A stretch of 64,000 bases of DNA from Mobula hypostoma (Eukaryota), in contig NC_086097.1 in NCBI RefSeq assembly GCF_963921235.1, forward strand, positions 196,294,001-196,358,000, written 5' to 3'. Of the stretch, positions 11,579 through 23,245 are shown piece after piece (within the stretch, counting starts at the first letter, position 1; every line of letters begins with the position of its first letter). The notes beneath the pieces are model-generated. The model did no database searches. It saw nothing but the letters and a program-made list of their open reading frames with translations, and was not told where the DNA came from. Both the position numbers and the translations under genes were made by a program.

Positions 11579-13158
11579 GCAAACACGAGGAAGTCTGCAG
11601 ATGCTGGAATTTCAAGCAACACACATAAAAGTTGCTGGTGAATGCAGCAGGCCAGGCAGCATCTCTAAGAAGAGGTACAGTCGACGTTTCAAGCCGAGAC
11701 CCTTCGTCAGGACTAACTGAAAGAAGAGCTAGTAAGAGATTTGAAAGTGAGAGGGGAAGGGGGAGATCCGAAATGATAGGAGAAGACAGGAGGGGGAGGG
11801 ATGGAGCCAAGAGCTGGACAGTTGATTGGAAAAAGGGATATGAGACGGTCATGGGACAGGAGGCCTAGGGAGAAAGAAAGTGGGGGGGGAACCAGAGGGT
11901 GGGCAAGGGGTATAGTGAGAGGGACAGAGGGAGAAAAAGGAGAGAGAGAAAAAGAATGTGTGTATATAAATAAATAACGGATGGGGTACGAGGGAGAGGT
12001 GGGGCATTAGCGGAAGTTTGAGAAGTCAATGTTCATGCCATCAGGTTGGAGGCTACCCAGACGGAATATAAGGTGTTGTTCCTCCCACCTGAGTGTGGCT
12101 TCACCTTTACAGTAGAGGAGGTCGTGGACAGGCATATCAGAATGGGAATAGGATGTGGAATTAAAATGTGTGGCCACTGGGAGATCCTGCTTTCTCTGGC
12201 GGACAGAGCGTAGGTGTTCATTGAAACGATCTCCCAGTCTGCGTCGGGTCTCACCAATGTATAGAAGGCCATATTGGGAGCACCGGATGCAGTATATCAC
12301 CCCAGCCGACTCATAGGTGAAGTGTCGCCTCACCTGGTAGGACTGTCTGGGGCCCTGAATGGTGCTGAGGGAGGAAGTGTAAGGGCATGTGTAGCACTTG
12401 TTCCACTTACAAGAATAAGTGCCAGGAGGGAAATCAGTGGGGAGGGATGGTGGGGACGAATGGACAAGGGAGTTGTGTAGGGAGCGATCCCTGTGGAAAG
12501 CAGTTGGGGGGAGGGAAAGATGTGCTTAGTGGTGGGGTCCCGTTGGAGGTGGCAGAAGTTACAGAGAATTATATGTTGGACCTGGAGGCTGGTGGGGTGG
12601 TAGGTGAGGACAAGGGGAACCCTACTCCTAGTGGGGTGGCAGGAGAATGGAGTGAGAGCAGATGTGCGTGAAATGGGGGAGATGCGTTTGAGAACAGAGT
12701 TGATGGTGGAGGAAGGGAAGGCCCTTTCTTCAAAAAAAGATGACATCTCCCTTGCCCTGGAATGAAAAGCCTCATCCTGAGAGCAAATGCGGCGGAGACG
12801 GAGGAATTGCGAGAAGGGGATGGCATTTTTGCAAGAGACAGGGTGAGAAGGGAAATAGTCCAGATAGCTGTGAGAGTCAGTAGGTTTATAGTAGACATCA
12901 GTAGATAAGCTGTCTCCAGAGATAGAGACAGAAAGATCTAGAAAGGGGAGGGAGGTGTCGGAAATGGACCAAGTAAACTTGAGGGGAGGGTGAAAGTTGG
13001 AGGCAAAGTTAATGAAGTCAACGAGCTCAGCATGCGTGCAGGAAGCAGTGCCAATGCAGTTGTCGATGTAGCAAAGGAAAAGTGAGGGACAGATACCAGA
13101 ATAGGTTTGGAACATAGATTGTTCCACAAAGCCAACAAAAAGGCAGGCATAGTTCTAG
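11579..13158 (-). mobile_element. Penelope-like element, 5'-truncated (RT C-half, GIY-YIG endonuclease, pLTR)
   Basis: ORFs 12330-13127 (YIDN, FLDL, YYKPTDSHSYL) and 12007-12333 (GVIYCIRC..LYIGET.R..RF.EH); 13-bp TSD AGGAAAGCTCTAC at 11566-11578 and 13159-13171. Confidence 0.93.
11679..11714 (-). ncRNA. Minimal type I hammerhead ribozyme motif in the PLE pLTR
   Basis: Minus strand AGUC-CUGACGA-A-GGGU(CUCG)GCUU-GAAA-C-GUC^GACU: intact core boxes, 4-bp stem I, palindromic ACGU stem III, predicted cut between 11683 and 11682. Confidence 0.7.
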
Positions 13159-14316
13159 AGGAAAGCTCTACAACAGGTAGTCAAAACTGCCCGATGCATC
13201 ACCAGTAACAGCCTGCCTGCCATCAAGGACATATATAATGAAAGGTGCTAGAACAGAGCCAGTATCATCATGAAGGAGCCCACACACCCCGCTCATGGGC
13301 TGTTTGTTCGACTTCCATCAGGGAGGAAGCCACACCAGAAGCACCAGACTCAAAAACAGTTACTTTTCCCAACCAGTAAGGCTAATCAACACCTCCACCC
13401 CTCCACAACCCCACCCACCACCACTACCTCATCATTCCTGTCAGTCACCTTATGTCCAGACACTCTTGTGCTTAGCATCACTTTATGGACATAAAATCAA
13501 TCTATGTATGTGTGCCATCTATGTATTTAAATTTATTATGTTTTTATTATTATTGTATTCTTTATCTTATTGCGTTTTTGGTGCTGCATTAGATCTGGAG
13601 TAACAATTACGTCATTCTACCTTAAACTTGTGTAATGGAAATGACATTAGACAATCTTGAATCTTGAACCTTGTGAAAGCACAAGGGATTAGTTTAGTTG
13701 GCCATTGGACTACTAATTTAATTGGTTCGGCACAGCATTGTGCTGTTCTTTTCTATGTTTTATGTACTGTCTATCACTAAAACTTCTTTTGAAAGAAGTA
13801 AGTTTTATCTAACTAGTTTATTTCTCAGCTGTTACGATGGGCTTTTAATTCATGTCTTTGAAACAATAGTCGAGTTATTTGTTCAAAAACTGAACGATTA
13901 TGCCACCACATCCTAATTGCAGGTGGAAAATGTGAAATATTTTTCAGTTTAATATTTATTTCCTTTCTTTTTCAATCTTTTTATTAAGTTTCAAGATTAA
14001 TAAACGTAACAATAATAGTAATGATACATGGAGATCGGGATTACAATAATAACAGTTAACATGTACAAGCACGATTCCAAGTAACAAATATATTTCCAGA
14101 TCCAAGTAATTTGGAAAGTTATCCACATTTTAGAGCCTGCTATACTTGAAAATTGTGATCATTTTCACCAGAGAATCTTGTTTCAATTTTAAATTTATGG
14201 TTGTACAAAGAATTCTAAACAGTAAATTTGAGACATTACACCCGATAGTGATTAACTTCTTCCTGCAATGGGGCCACCCACATTACTTACACTGTCACTT
14301 TGTATGACTGGTCTAG

Positions 14317-14429
14317 ACTCCCAGAACTTATTGTGCAGCCAACACTGAAGATTTGGAAATGGTCATTTTGCATGTACGGAATGCTTTTCCAGAAGCCCCT
14401 CTGATGGCAGCTGGAGTCTCAATGGGCGG
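14317..14429 (+). CDS. ABHD3: ABHD3 coding exon (113 nt) with the nucleophile elbow: TPRTYCAANTEDLEMVILHVRNAFPEAPLMAAGVSMG(G)
   Basis: gtctAG acceptor and GTGAGT donor; GxSxG catalytic Ser motif GVSMG. Confidence 0.96.
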
Positions 14430-15719
14430 GTGAGTTCCCTACGAACAAATGAGAATATAGTATGCTGATAAACATGCCATAATGTGTGGGGAAATTCAGA
14501 ATCCATTAAGTGAAAGCAAATGATCCAAGACATTCCAGTGGATTTTAATGTAGTTTCGAAAAGATTATGCATATCGAAATGTAATATCAATTAGGTGGAG
14601 GAGGAAACCATTTGACAAGCAATTATATGACACCTTATCATGTCACTTGAGACATCTTAAATATCCATGTGATCATTTCCTGTACATTGAAAATTAATCA
14701 CATTGTCATGCAAAACTCACTTGAATGCTGCAAGAGGTAACTGAACGGATTAAAGAGTTATCTAGTTATCTGGCATCATATCAGAAGAACAAATAGTTTA
14801 TAGTGAACATGTAACTCCAAACCTGCTCAAATTTAGTTGTGTTTTTTTTTCTGTCAGCAATTGTAAAGCAGAGTTAGGCTTTAACATTGTGTGTTTGGTT
14901 GTTTTTTCTGCTCTGAAGATCCAACCAGTGATTAGAGCCCAAATAAATGGAGGCTTAGGTCAGAAAAAGCGTATTTTACCACAACTTCATTTTCTTCACT
15001 CTACAGGCTAATCTACTTCTGTATTTGTTCTTATGATATGATTCCCCAGCAACACAGTACAAGGCCAAAATCCAGGAGGCTTTTCACTCTTTAAAACTCT
15101 CCATCTCTGTCTCCTGCATTATGTAATTACTTGAAGTCTGTCTCCCTCATCAGGCCTGTCTAAGCAGCTTTTTAATTAGTTTGATCTCAAACGTTGTCTG
15201 ATATTACTTTATTTAATTCTTTCATGGGATTTTACGCATTATTTTGATATACAGGATTTAATATATATCCACAAAGTCCTTGAAAAAACAGTGCAGAACT
15301 GCATTATTCAACTGCTGTGGTCTGTGCATAAAGTCTTCCTATAATATTATTATATTATGAATTCAAGGACAGGGACTCAGCTAGATCAAAGAATCAGCAT
15401 TCATGTCCATTTGACAAAATCGAGCTAACTAGATCACTTCATTGTTCCAGCATTAGGCCATTGTTTTATAGATCATGGCTCCTGGTTTGCTTGTCAGGGT
15501 ACCTGTGATGAAGGGTTTTGCCTTCTCCATCCTTTCAAGAAATGACTTCTGGACCTCTCCACTCTTTGGATGAAAAATCATTTTTCTTCTAACTTTTCTA
15601 CCAATTGACTAAATTCTATGCCCCAAATTTATTGTTTGTGTTGTCAAAGAAGAAAGGTCTTTCCTGCACATACAGTCTAAGCCCTTTTAAAATTTTATTT
15701 ACCTCAATTAAATCTCATT

Positions 15720-16030
15720 GTGTCATAGAAAGACGCTACATGGAAAGAGGCCCTTCTGTCTAAAGAATCTGCACTGATCATCACTCACCCATTTTGTACT
15801 AATTCCACACTGATCTTTTCTTTAAATTCTCCCCACATTCTCTTCAACTCCCCCGAAAACCCAGATTCTACTATTCACCCACATAACATAGGCAATTTGC
15901 AGCTGCCAATTAACCTTCTAGCCTGCACCTCTTTGGGATGTGAAAGGAAACCAGAGCATGCTGGAGGAACTCCGCAAGATCACAAGGAGAACATGCAAAC
16001 TGCATGCAGAAAGGACACAAAGTCAGGAGT
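15720..16030 (-). mobile_element. V-SINE-like SINE with CR1-type tail
   Basis: Reverse complement contains GCAGTTTGCATGTTCTCC and TTTCCTTTCACATCCCAAAGA..GGTTAATTGGC, the conserved central domain also seen at 18560-19260. Confidence 0.65.
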
Positions 16031-16219
16031 CTATTAGCTCTGCACTCCTTCAGATGATCTTTTTCAATATGCCCAGCCTAGTCAGTCACTCATAACTATT
16101 ATACTTCATCCCTTGCAACATTTTAGTACAATTCATTCAGATCCTCTCTAGTGATATCACACACTTCCTGTGATGTGGTGGCCAGAACTCTATAAAGTAT
16201 TTGAGCAACAGTTGTAACA

Positions 16220-18111
16220 CAGCTTTTCTCAAACTTTTTCCCTGGAAGAACCCTTGAAATAATTTTCAGGTCTCAGGGAACCCCTGCATAAAAATTATTC
16301 TATCTACAGCTCATGGTACATTAACATGATCGGTAAGTTGTAGATGTAATAATCTAAAAATAATTGTCATTGCTCTTTTGAGTAGAGAATAAATTTTAGC
16401 CACCCTTTCTTGAAAAAAAAACAGGTAGTTAAGCTTAGCTTACCTTTCTTGAAATTAATCTCCTTCTTTCCCTTTCATAAATTTTAAAAACTTATAAAGC
16501 AAACCAAATAAATTTCTGTTTTCAGTAAGACTCAAGACTTTCTCATATCCTTCCTCACTCACAAGCCCAAGCAACAGTGTAAAAGATTTTCTTTTACAAT
16601 GTGATTTTTCCAAACATTCAGTTACCTTTTAAATCCAAAAATCTTGCCCCTTGAAGTCAAAACATTTTCTCCAGGGCCTTGCAGAGACTTGTTCAACTGG
16701 TTCATATGATGAAAAATGTCTGCTAAGTAAGGTTAGTTTCTGCAGCCATTCTTCATTGTCAAAGCACTCAGCAAAGTCTGGTCTTCTATTTTCTTGAAAG
16801 TACTCCTGCAATTCACCTTTCAGCTCAAACACCCTGTTTAGAACTCTTCTTTTAATAAACCACCGGATTTCTGTTTGTAACAGGAGATTGGTGTGCTCTT
16901 TGTCCAGGTTTTCCCACAGTTTTTTAAATTCTCAACTGAACCGGATTTTGTTTAACAAAGTTAACCATTTTTGTAGCATCATCCAGAACATTTTCCATTT
17001 CATCTCCAAGAGCATTTGACATCAGCATCTCTCTGTGAAGAAAGCAGTGTGTGGTAGCAACATCAGGATTTTCTTTTTTTACAAGAGAAACGAAACCACT
17101 CATGGAGCCAACCATTGATGCTGGCACAGTTCCTCCAAGACAGACCTTTTGTTTCCAGATATGAAGACCAAACATTAAATATATCTTGACCTTTGCTTGT
17201 TTTGGGCAGCTCTTGACAAAAGCAAAAGTTTTCTTGAATTTCACCAGCATTTACAAATCTTACAAATGCTATAACGTGACATTTATTGGTGAAATCTGTT
17301 GACTCATCAACCTGGATAGACAAGCTGTTGATTTTCAATTTATCACACAAAACCTCTTCAGCATCATTGACAAGTCATCAATACGTTGACTTATCATGCT
17401 GTTTGAGAGTGCAACCTTTTCAACGTTTTCAATTTCTCACACTGCATCTTGTCCAAACACACGGGTTAATAAAATATAAGAAATAACAGCATAATAAATA
17501 ACTAAACAAGAAAACTGCAAAGAATGTGAAAACTGCACAATTCACCTCTAACCTACACAATTCACCTTTACAATGTTTTCAAAAGCAAAGTGGCAGGCCA
17601 GCAATTGAGTTACAGCATGAAAAAATTCCTTCTTTTGAATGAAAATTTCCCTCTAATTTTCTACTACACCAGTAGAGTTAGTTTGCTCCCATAAGTTAGT
17701 CAGAAAGAGGGAGTTGGGGGAGGTAATTCGGGAGGGAGAGGCTAACGTCACAGCCCAAGTTGGATGAGTCCATTCAATATTTGGAAAATGCACTTCACGC
17801 TCCTCATCAGCCTACTGCCCTCCCCTCCATGCAATACAGCACTCACAAATTATTAGCCTGCTGTCCTCCCCTCCATGCAATGCAACGTTCACCAATTATC
17901 AGCCTACCATCCTCCCCTACGTGCAATACAGTGCTCACCATTTATCAATGGTGTCTCCTATCTTGCGTCAAAAACTGAGCATATGGTCCCACAGCGCACT
18001 GGCATCCTGGACTGAGGGATCTCGAACACAATTGCTAACAGGCTGCTCGGTCACTGCCCACCACTGCGAGCGCTAGCACTGTGAGCACAGAGCCCTGGTT
18101 GAGAAACCCTG
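16220..18111 (-). mobile_element. hAT (Buster/Charlie-type) DNA transposon, internally deleted and degraded
   Basis: Transposase fragments SIQVDESTD, THCFLHRE, FELKGELQEYF. TIRs CAGCTTTTCTCAAAC and CAGGGTTTCTCAACC match at 12/15. Both 8-bp flanks have a central TA but match at only 4/8. Confidence 0.88.
17806..17947. repeat. 46-bp tandem repeat x3 in the hAT subterminal region
   Basis: Unit ATCAGCCTACTGCCCTCCCCTCCATGCAATACAGCACTCACAAATT and two diverged copies. Confidence 0.9.
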
Positions 18112-18507
18112 GTCTAGCCAGTGTTGAATATAGTTCTACCATCCCTACTCATTTGTTCCATATTCCAGGTCAATAAATGCATGCATCCAACATGCCCTCT
18201 TAACTATCTTGTCTACCCCTCCCACATTCAGGAATCTGGAATCATGTATATCATCAACCCTTTATGACTTTACATTTCTTAATACCTTTGTGGTTCAATG
18301 CCCTTATTTCCCATTGCCTTTCATTTTTCATTTATGTGGTGTTGTAACCAAAGTAATGATGGCTTTATCATTTTTGGAAATCAGTCCTATTGTAGAAGCT
18401 TGCGCTAAGACTTAACATACCAAAACACAAATTGTGCAGCAGTGAGCATGTTATTGCTTGATAGTGCTGTTAGTGACAGCTATGTTCTTTTGTTTCACTG
18501 ATTCAGA

Positions 18508-19440
18508 GGGTGGCATGGTGGCACAGCTGTCAGAGAAAAGATCCGGGTTCAATCCTGAATTCTGTGTGGAGTTTTCACACTCTGTATGACTGTATGACAT
18601 TCCTCCCAGTGCTCAGGATCTTCTTACATCCCAAAGAATCTCCTGAGGCCTCTGTTGGTCAGGGTTGACCATGAATGTTGTCTCCTACCTGTCTAGATAT
18701 ACTAGCCAGGACAGTACAATATGGAGAGCAAGCTGTTGTCCATGTAGTAAACGCCCCCTCTCCAAGCATCTGTTAAACCCAAGGGAACGAACGGCAGAGA
18801 CTGATACAGTTTGGCACCAGCAGCATCACAGGAGTTGCCTGTCAACGTTGAACTCAACACAGGACTGCTTTAGGGATTCCAGCTCTGGATTTTTCCCTCA
18901 GGGTTAGGAGCCTTCCCCATGAGTGGGTATACCCAAGGCAGTGGAGGTTTGAAATCAGAGATTTCCTTCTCCAAGATGAGCTGCCAATCACTGCTGACGA
19001 GCCTCATCTGCCCAAAGCAGCTGGTTTAAAGGCACCAGTAACCCGCCTTTGCCCCTTCTCCTGACAGTAGAAATGGTTCTGCTGGGCTTAGTTGCTAAGC
19101 CACACATGGAGGCCATGAGCTGTACTTGGTTGTCAGAGGCTATTCGAGTCACATGCCATTTAATAGGTAGTGGGAGCTTATCCCCATTACCACACCTGGC
19201 TATAACAATCTTAAGGAACCATCCCAAAGAACACTTGTAGGTTAATTGGCTACTGTAAATTATAGATAAATGGCAGAAAGAGTCTAAGGGATGTTGATAG
19301 ATATGGGAGAGAAAGAGTGAGTCACATGGGCACAGGAAATAAAGAGAAGGCAAAGGGGACTAACGTGTTTGCTCCCTTGGAAGCCAATATAGGCCAGATG
19401 AGTTGAACGGGTGCCTTCTGCATTGCTATAAATATAAAAC
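18508..19440 (+). mobile_element. tRNA-derived V-SINE-like SINE, split by an insertion
   Basis: A-box-like GGTGGCATGGTGG, B-box-like GGGTTCAATCC, TGTGTGGAGTTT domain, resumes with GGTTAATTGGC after 19231. Confidence 0.7.
18639..19219 (-). mobile_element. Non-autonomous non-LTR element, probably RTE-derived (5' UTR joined to 3' end)
   Basis: 12-bp TSD CATCCCAAAGAA at 18627-18638 and 19220-19231; no RT coding; 3' end CATGGTCAACCCTGACCAACAGAGGCC resembles RTE 3' termini (recalled, not searched). Confidence 0.65.
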
Positions 19441-21364
19441 TAATTTTATAGTACAACTTGCCAGGTTTGAATTATCCTTTTGGGTAGGATAAAGCTTAAT
19501 AATTTCCTATATTGTTGGACAATGCCATTGCTGTACTATAAATTAACAACCAAAACAAAAGTGCTGTTCGTTCTGTAATACAAGCCCTTAGTACCAATCT
19601 AAGGATATTCCTAAAACTGGCTGTATTGGGTGCTGGGGATCTTTGGAGGAACCAAGATAGACTATTGATCTGGTGTTTTAAAATAAAAATAGTTGTATAT
19701 CTTCCAGCCTTTGCTTTTGTATTTACAGGCTATTTTTGAGGATTCAGCTGCATGAGTTATCTCCACCTCCTGCTAGTTATGTAATTATTCAGCACAAGAG
19801 AACATGACAAGCTTGCTGAGCTTCGAATGTGTGATCACCTGACTCTATAGAGGCTGCTTTCACTGTGCTATAACATTACCAGCCTAGCACCTTTATTTGT
19901 TATATATTCTACAAATCTCCTTTGTTCTTCCTTGAATGCTCCTCATTCAAGCTGGCGTCGTCTCCAGCTTGAATGAGGAATGTACAGGGCCATGAATGTA
20001 CAGACTGTGCTTCTGCAAAATCTGCTTGCTGCTTGGGGCCCTCAGACTTTACAAAATGCCTCTGTACATTTTTTCTTGTTAAGGAATTAGATAACACTGA
20101 GAAGGAGAACATCGGAAATAGCCTGGAAGATGACCCATTCACAGGAAGGTTAAAGTAAAATTCCTACAAGGTTTATGGGGTTAAAATAATGTCATTGATT
20201 CTATGCCAGAGCTTCAACCTCAGCACAAATCCTGGCAAAATTCCAGCAAAACACAATGATCCCAGAAAAGGGAAGGTTTGAAATTCCAATTAAAAATGAC
20301 TTTCTTCCATTTTATTTTGCAGTTTAATTGCAACCTATAATAATAAGCAAATACATCTATTTCTGACTTGGTCATTTCTGGTAAAAAAAAAGTAATGAAG
20401 TATATGCATCTAACTGTAAGCAACATATTTTTGCTGTTTTCTTTTTGTGCTCTGGAAGTGTAATTATCTCCATGTTCCCCTCCCCACCTCCTATATTCAT
20501 TTAGAGGTTGGAAAATTGCATTGGCACCCAAGACAGTGGTCTGAAATAACCATTAAAAAAAAGCAAAGTTGGTGTTACCTCATCCTCTGAGTTTCCCTCA
20601 GCCAGAGGAAAGTGACACAAGGAACAGTTTCGAGTGTTTCAGAATCCACTTTTTTTTAGTGAAGAATTTGATTCCTAACTAAGCAGACATTGAAAGCCAG
20701 GGTCACCAAAATAAGTAGTTTTTTTTTAAATTTTGACTTAACCCAAATTGGAATTTAGCATTTTTTATCTATTCATTATTTGGGATTGGGAACTACTCGC
20801 AAGACCTTCACTTAGTGCTCATCCTTCATAGAATATAGGAAGGTGGTGGTGGTGAGCTGCCCCCTTGAATCCCTGCAATAGTCCTTGTGAAAATAGATTC
20901 AGATTCACATTTATATATCACATGAAATGTACAGCGAAATGTGTTATTTGCATTAACAACCAACATACCCAAACGTGTGCTGGGGACAGCCTGTAAGTTT
21001 TGCTCCACGTTCTGGCACTTGCACACAATGTTCAGAGGAACAGCAAAGAACACAGGAGGTTGTAGGTTTGGTGGGTGCTATAAATGTAGCCTGGTTGAGT
21101 AGCTGTAGCTTCTTTTACTTGTTAGAGCTGCTGTACATTCATCCAGACAACTGGACAGTATTCCATCATGCTCCAGAAAAATGCCTTGTAGAAGATAGAA
21201 AGGCTTTAACATATCAGGAGGCAAGACACGCGCTACAAGATATTGAGGAGGATATAGCCATTACATTCATGCGGCCGGTCCTTAGTAAGCTTAAATCTTG
21301 GTGACAATATAATGAATTGTTAAATCAAATTAATAAGCACATCTTCATTTCGTGCCTGATACAG

Positions 21365-21538
21365 AATGCTGCTCTTGAATTACCTGTGTAAGATTGGTCA
21401 ACAGACTCCACTGAAGGCAGCAGTAGTCTTCTCCATTGGCTGGGATGTATTTGCCTGCACGGCTTCCCTTGAGAAACCACTTAACCGGATATTATTTAAT
21501 TACTACTTAACCAATCGTCTTCAAGCCTCGGTCTACAG
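21365..21538 (+). CDS. ABHD3: ABHD3 coding exon (174 nt): MLLLNYLCKIGQQTPLKAAVVFSIGWDVFACTASLEKPLNRILFNYYLTNRLQASVY(R)
   Basis: atacAG acceptor and GTTGGT donor; phase consistent with both neighbours; strong ABHD3 similarity. Confidence 0.96.
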
Positions 21539-21751
21539 GTTGGTATTTGAGGTGCAGGGAGGGTTTTGTAGTAATATGACATGTTTATTTTTCTAGCAGT
21601 TAAACATTGAAGTTAGAATTATGCCACTGCAGTTTATTAAAATTAATTTCTAGTTATGGGCGAACATTTTGGGGTGAATCGCAAACAGGTTCTGCTCAAG
21701 AGGTACTTTTCTCCAGTCTAAAGGAGGACCAGATAATTGCTTGTTGTAAGG

Positions 21752-22270
21752 AGACACAGGAGAGTGCAGATGCTGGAATCTGGTGCAAAAATATCAACCT
21801 GGAAGAAGTCAATGGGTCAAGCCGCAGTGGATGAAAAAGAGGTATCATATTTCAGGTTCAGGCTCTGCTTAAGGACAGGGTTAGGGCGGAGGTAGGGTGG
21901 AGGAAGAGGAAAGATGGCCAGTACGTTGAAGTGTGAAGGCGGGGGATGGGTAATAGCAGGTATGTGATGCTGGAAGCAGATGAGGAGGTGATTGATTCAC
22001 AGATGGAGCTAGAAGTGAGTGAGAGAGCTGGAAAAGGAGAAAGAACCTAAGTGAATTGGTGAGAGTGGGAGGGGAACACAGGGACTGTGTGGGTAACTGA
22101 AAATACTGGTCATCTTATCTCTTCACCCTCCCTCCTACACCCCCTCTATCCCCACCCACCTAACAGCCAGATCCTGATGAAGGGTCTCAACCCTAAATGT
22201 CGATACATCATTTCTACTGCCATCAGTGCTGCTTGACCCAGTGACTACTTGCAGCAGTTTATTTTTTCCA
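21752..22270. mobile_element. Two old PLE pLTR fragments in opposite orientation
   Basis: Minus-orientation copy from about 21752; plus-orientation copy with CTGATGAAGGGTCTC at about 22174-22188. Confidence 0.6.
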
Positions 22271-22989
22271 TGTTTTAACATCTACAAAATTAGATAATAT
22301 TGTCTTTTGATGATGTTATAGCATTTCTCCTGCTGACTCTCGGCTTATTCAACTCACTGCTAAAGTGTGGAATTACTCTTTGCAATAAAATTCTAACTGT
22401 ACCAAATCTCAAACTCTATGACTTTAATGAAAACATTAATCTGCAAATTGTCTGGTGAATGTTCATTGTTCTGAAATTGATTTTCCTCACTATAACTACC
22501 ACTTTGCTTAGTCTTTTCCACCATTTTTCTCTTTTCATAAATCCTCTAATATCTCTGTTAAAACAACACAGAGACATTTCTACACTATCTTTTTAGACTT
22601 TGTATACTCTACAAACAGCTATGCCGAGGAATTGCTTATTTATATGCACAAAAATATTTGTACTTTGCACTAATACCAAATCAGGCCTTCTGTAGAACGA
22701 TTAGCAATCAGAGCAGTCACTTGCACAACTGGAGGTCAAATCAGATGAAAATGTTTCTTTGTGAACATGATGCCTGGGTAACTTCTCTGAGTCAGTATTG
22801 AGCATCAAATTGGCAGAGGTATTCTGTGGCCACTTGGAAACTTCCTTGGGTAGGGAAGGTAAGAGTCAACAGAAGCTTGTGATTGATGGAGGATGCAGGA
22901 TAAACTGAGCCTACAAATCAATATTCATTGGAGCGATCTAAGTGAGATGTAGTGTCTTTGACTATTTGCTGAGGAGTATATTTCACTTA

Positions 22990-23245
22990 AAGATACAGTG
23001 TGGAACAGCCACATGCCCAACAACCTACCTACCCTAATCACAGGACAATATACAATGAGCAAATAACCTACTAACCGGTACATCTTCAGACTTTGGGAAT
23101 AAACCAGAGCACCCAGGTGAAACCCATTCACTCAGGGGAAAGAAGAAACAAACCTTTTACAGAGAACACCAGAATTCAACTCGGAACTCCGATGCCCTGA
23201 GCTGTAATAATGTTGTGTTAACTGTTATGCTACCATGGCACCCAG
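22990..23245 (-). mobile_element. tRNA-related SINE fragment
   Basis: Reverse complement gives GGTGCCATGGTAGCATAACAG..GAGTTGAATTC..TTCACCTGGGTGCTCTGGTTT..CCCAAAG; ends in a CR1-like tail. Confidence 0.6.

Larger units (their letters stand above)
11126..13668 (+). mobile_element. Rex1/Babar-like LINE 3' half, split by a Penelope insertion
   Basis: KFADDT, WCQANNLFLNVDKTKEMVINFRR; ADRKALQ|QVVKTA is continuous across the insertion; (ATCTTGA)n tail at about 13654-13668. Confidence 0.85.

Noticed and set aside
20060..20090. U12-type branch point TTCCTTAAC followed by AG on the minus strand
   Set aside because: No credible matching U12 donor or upstream exon found; the downstream peptide is unrecognisable.
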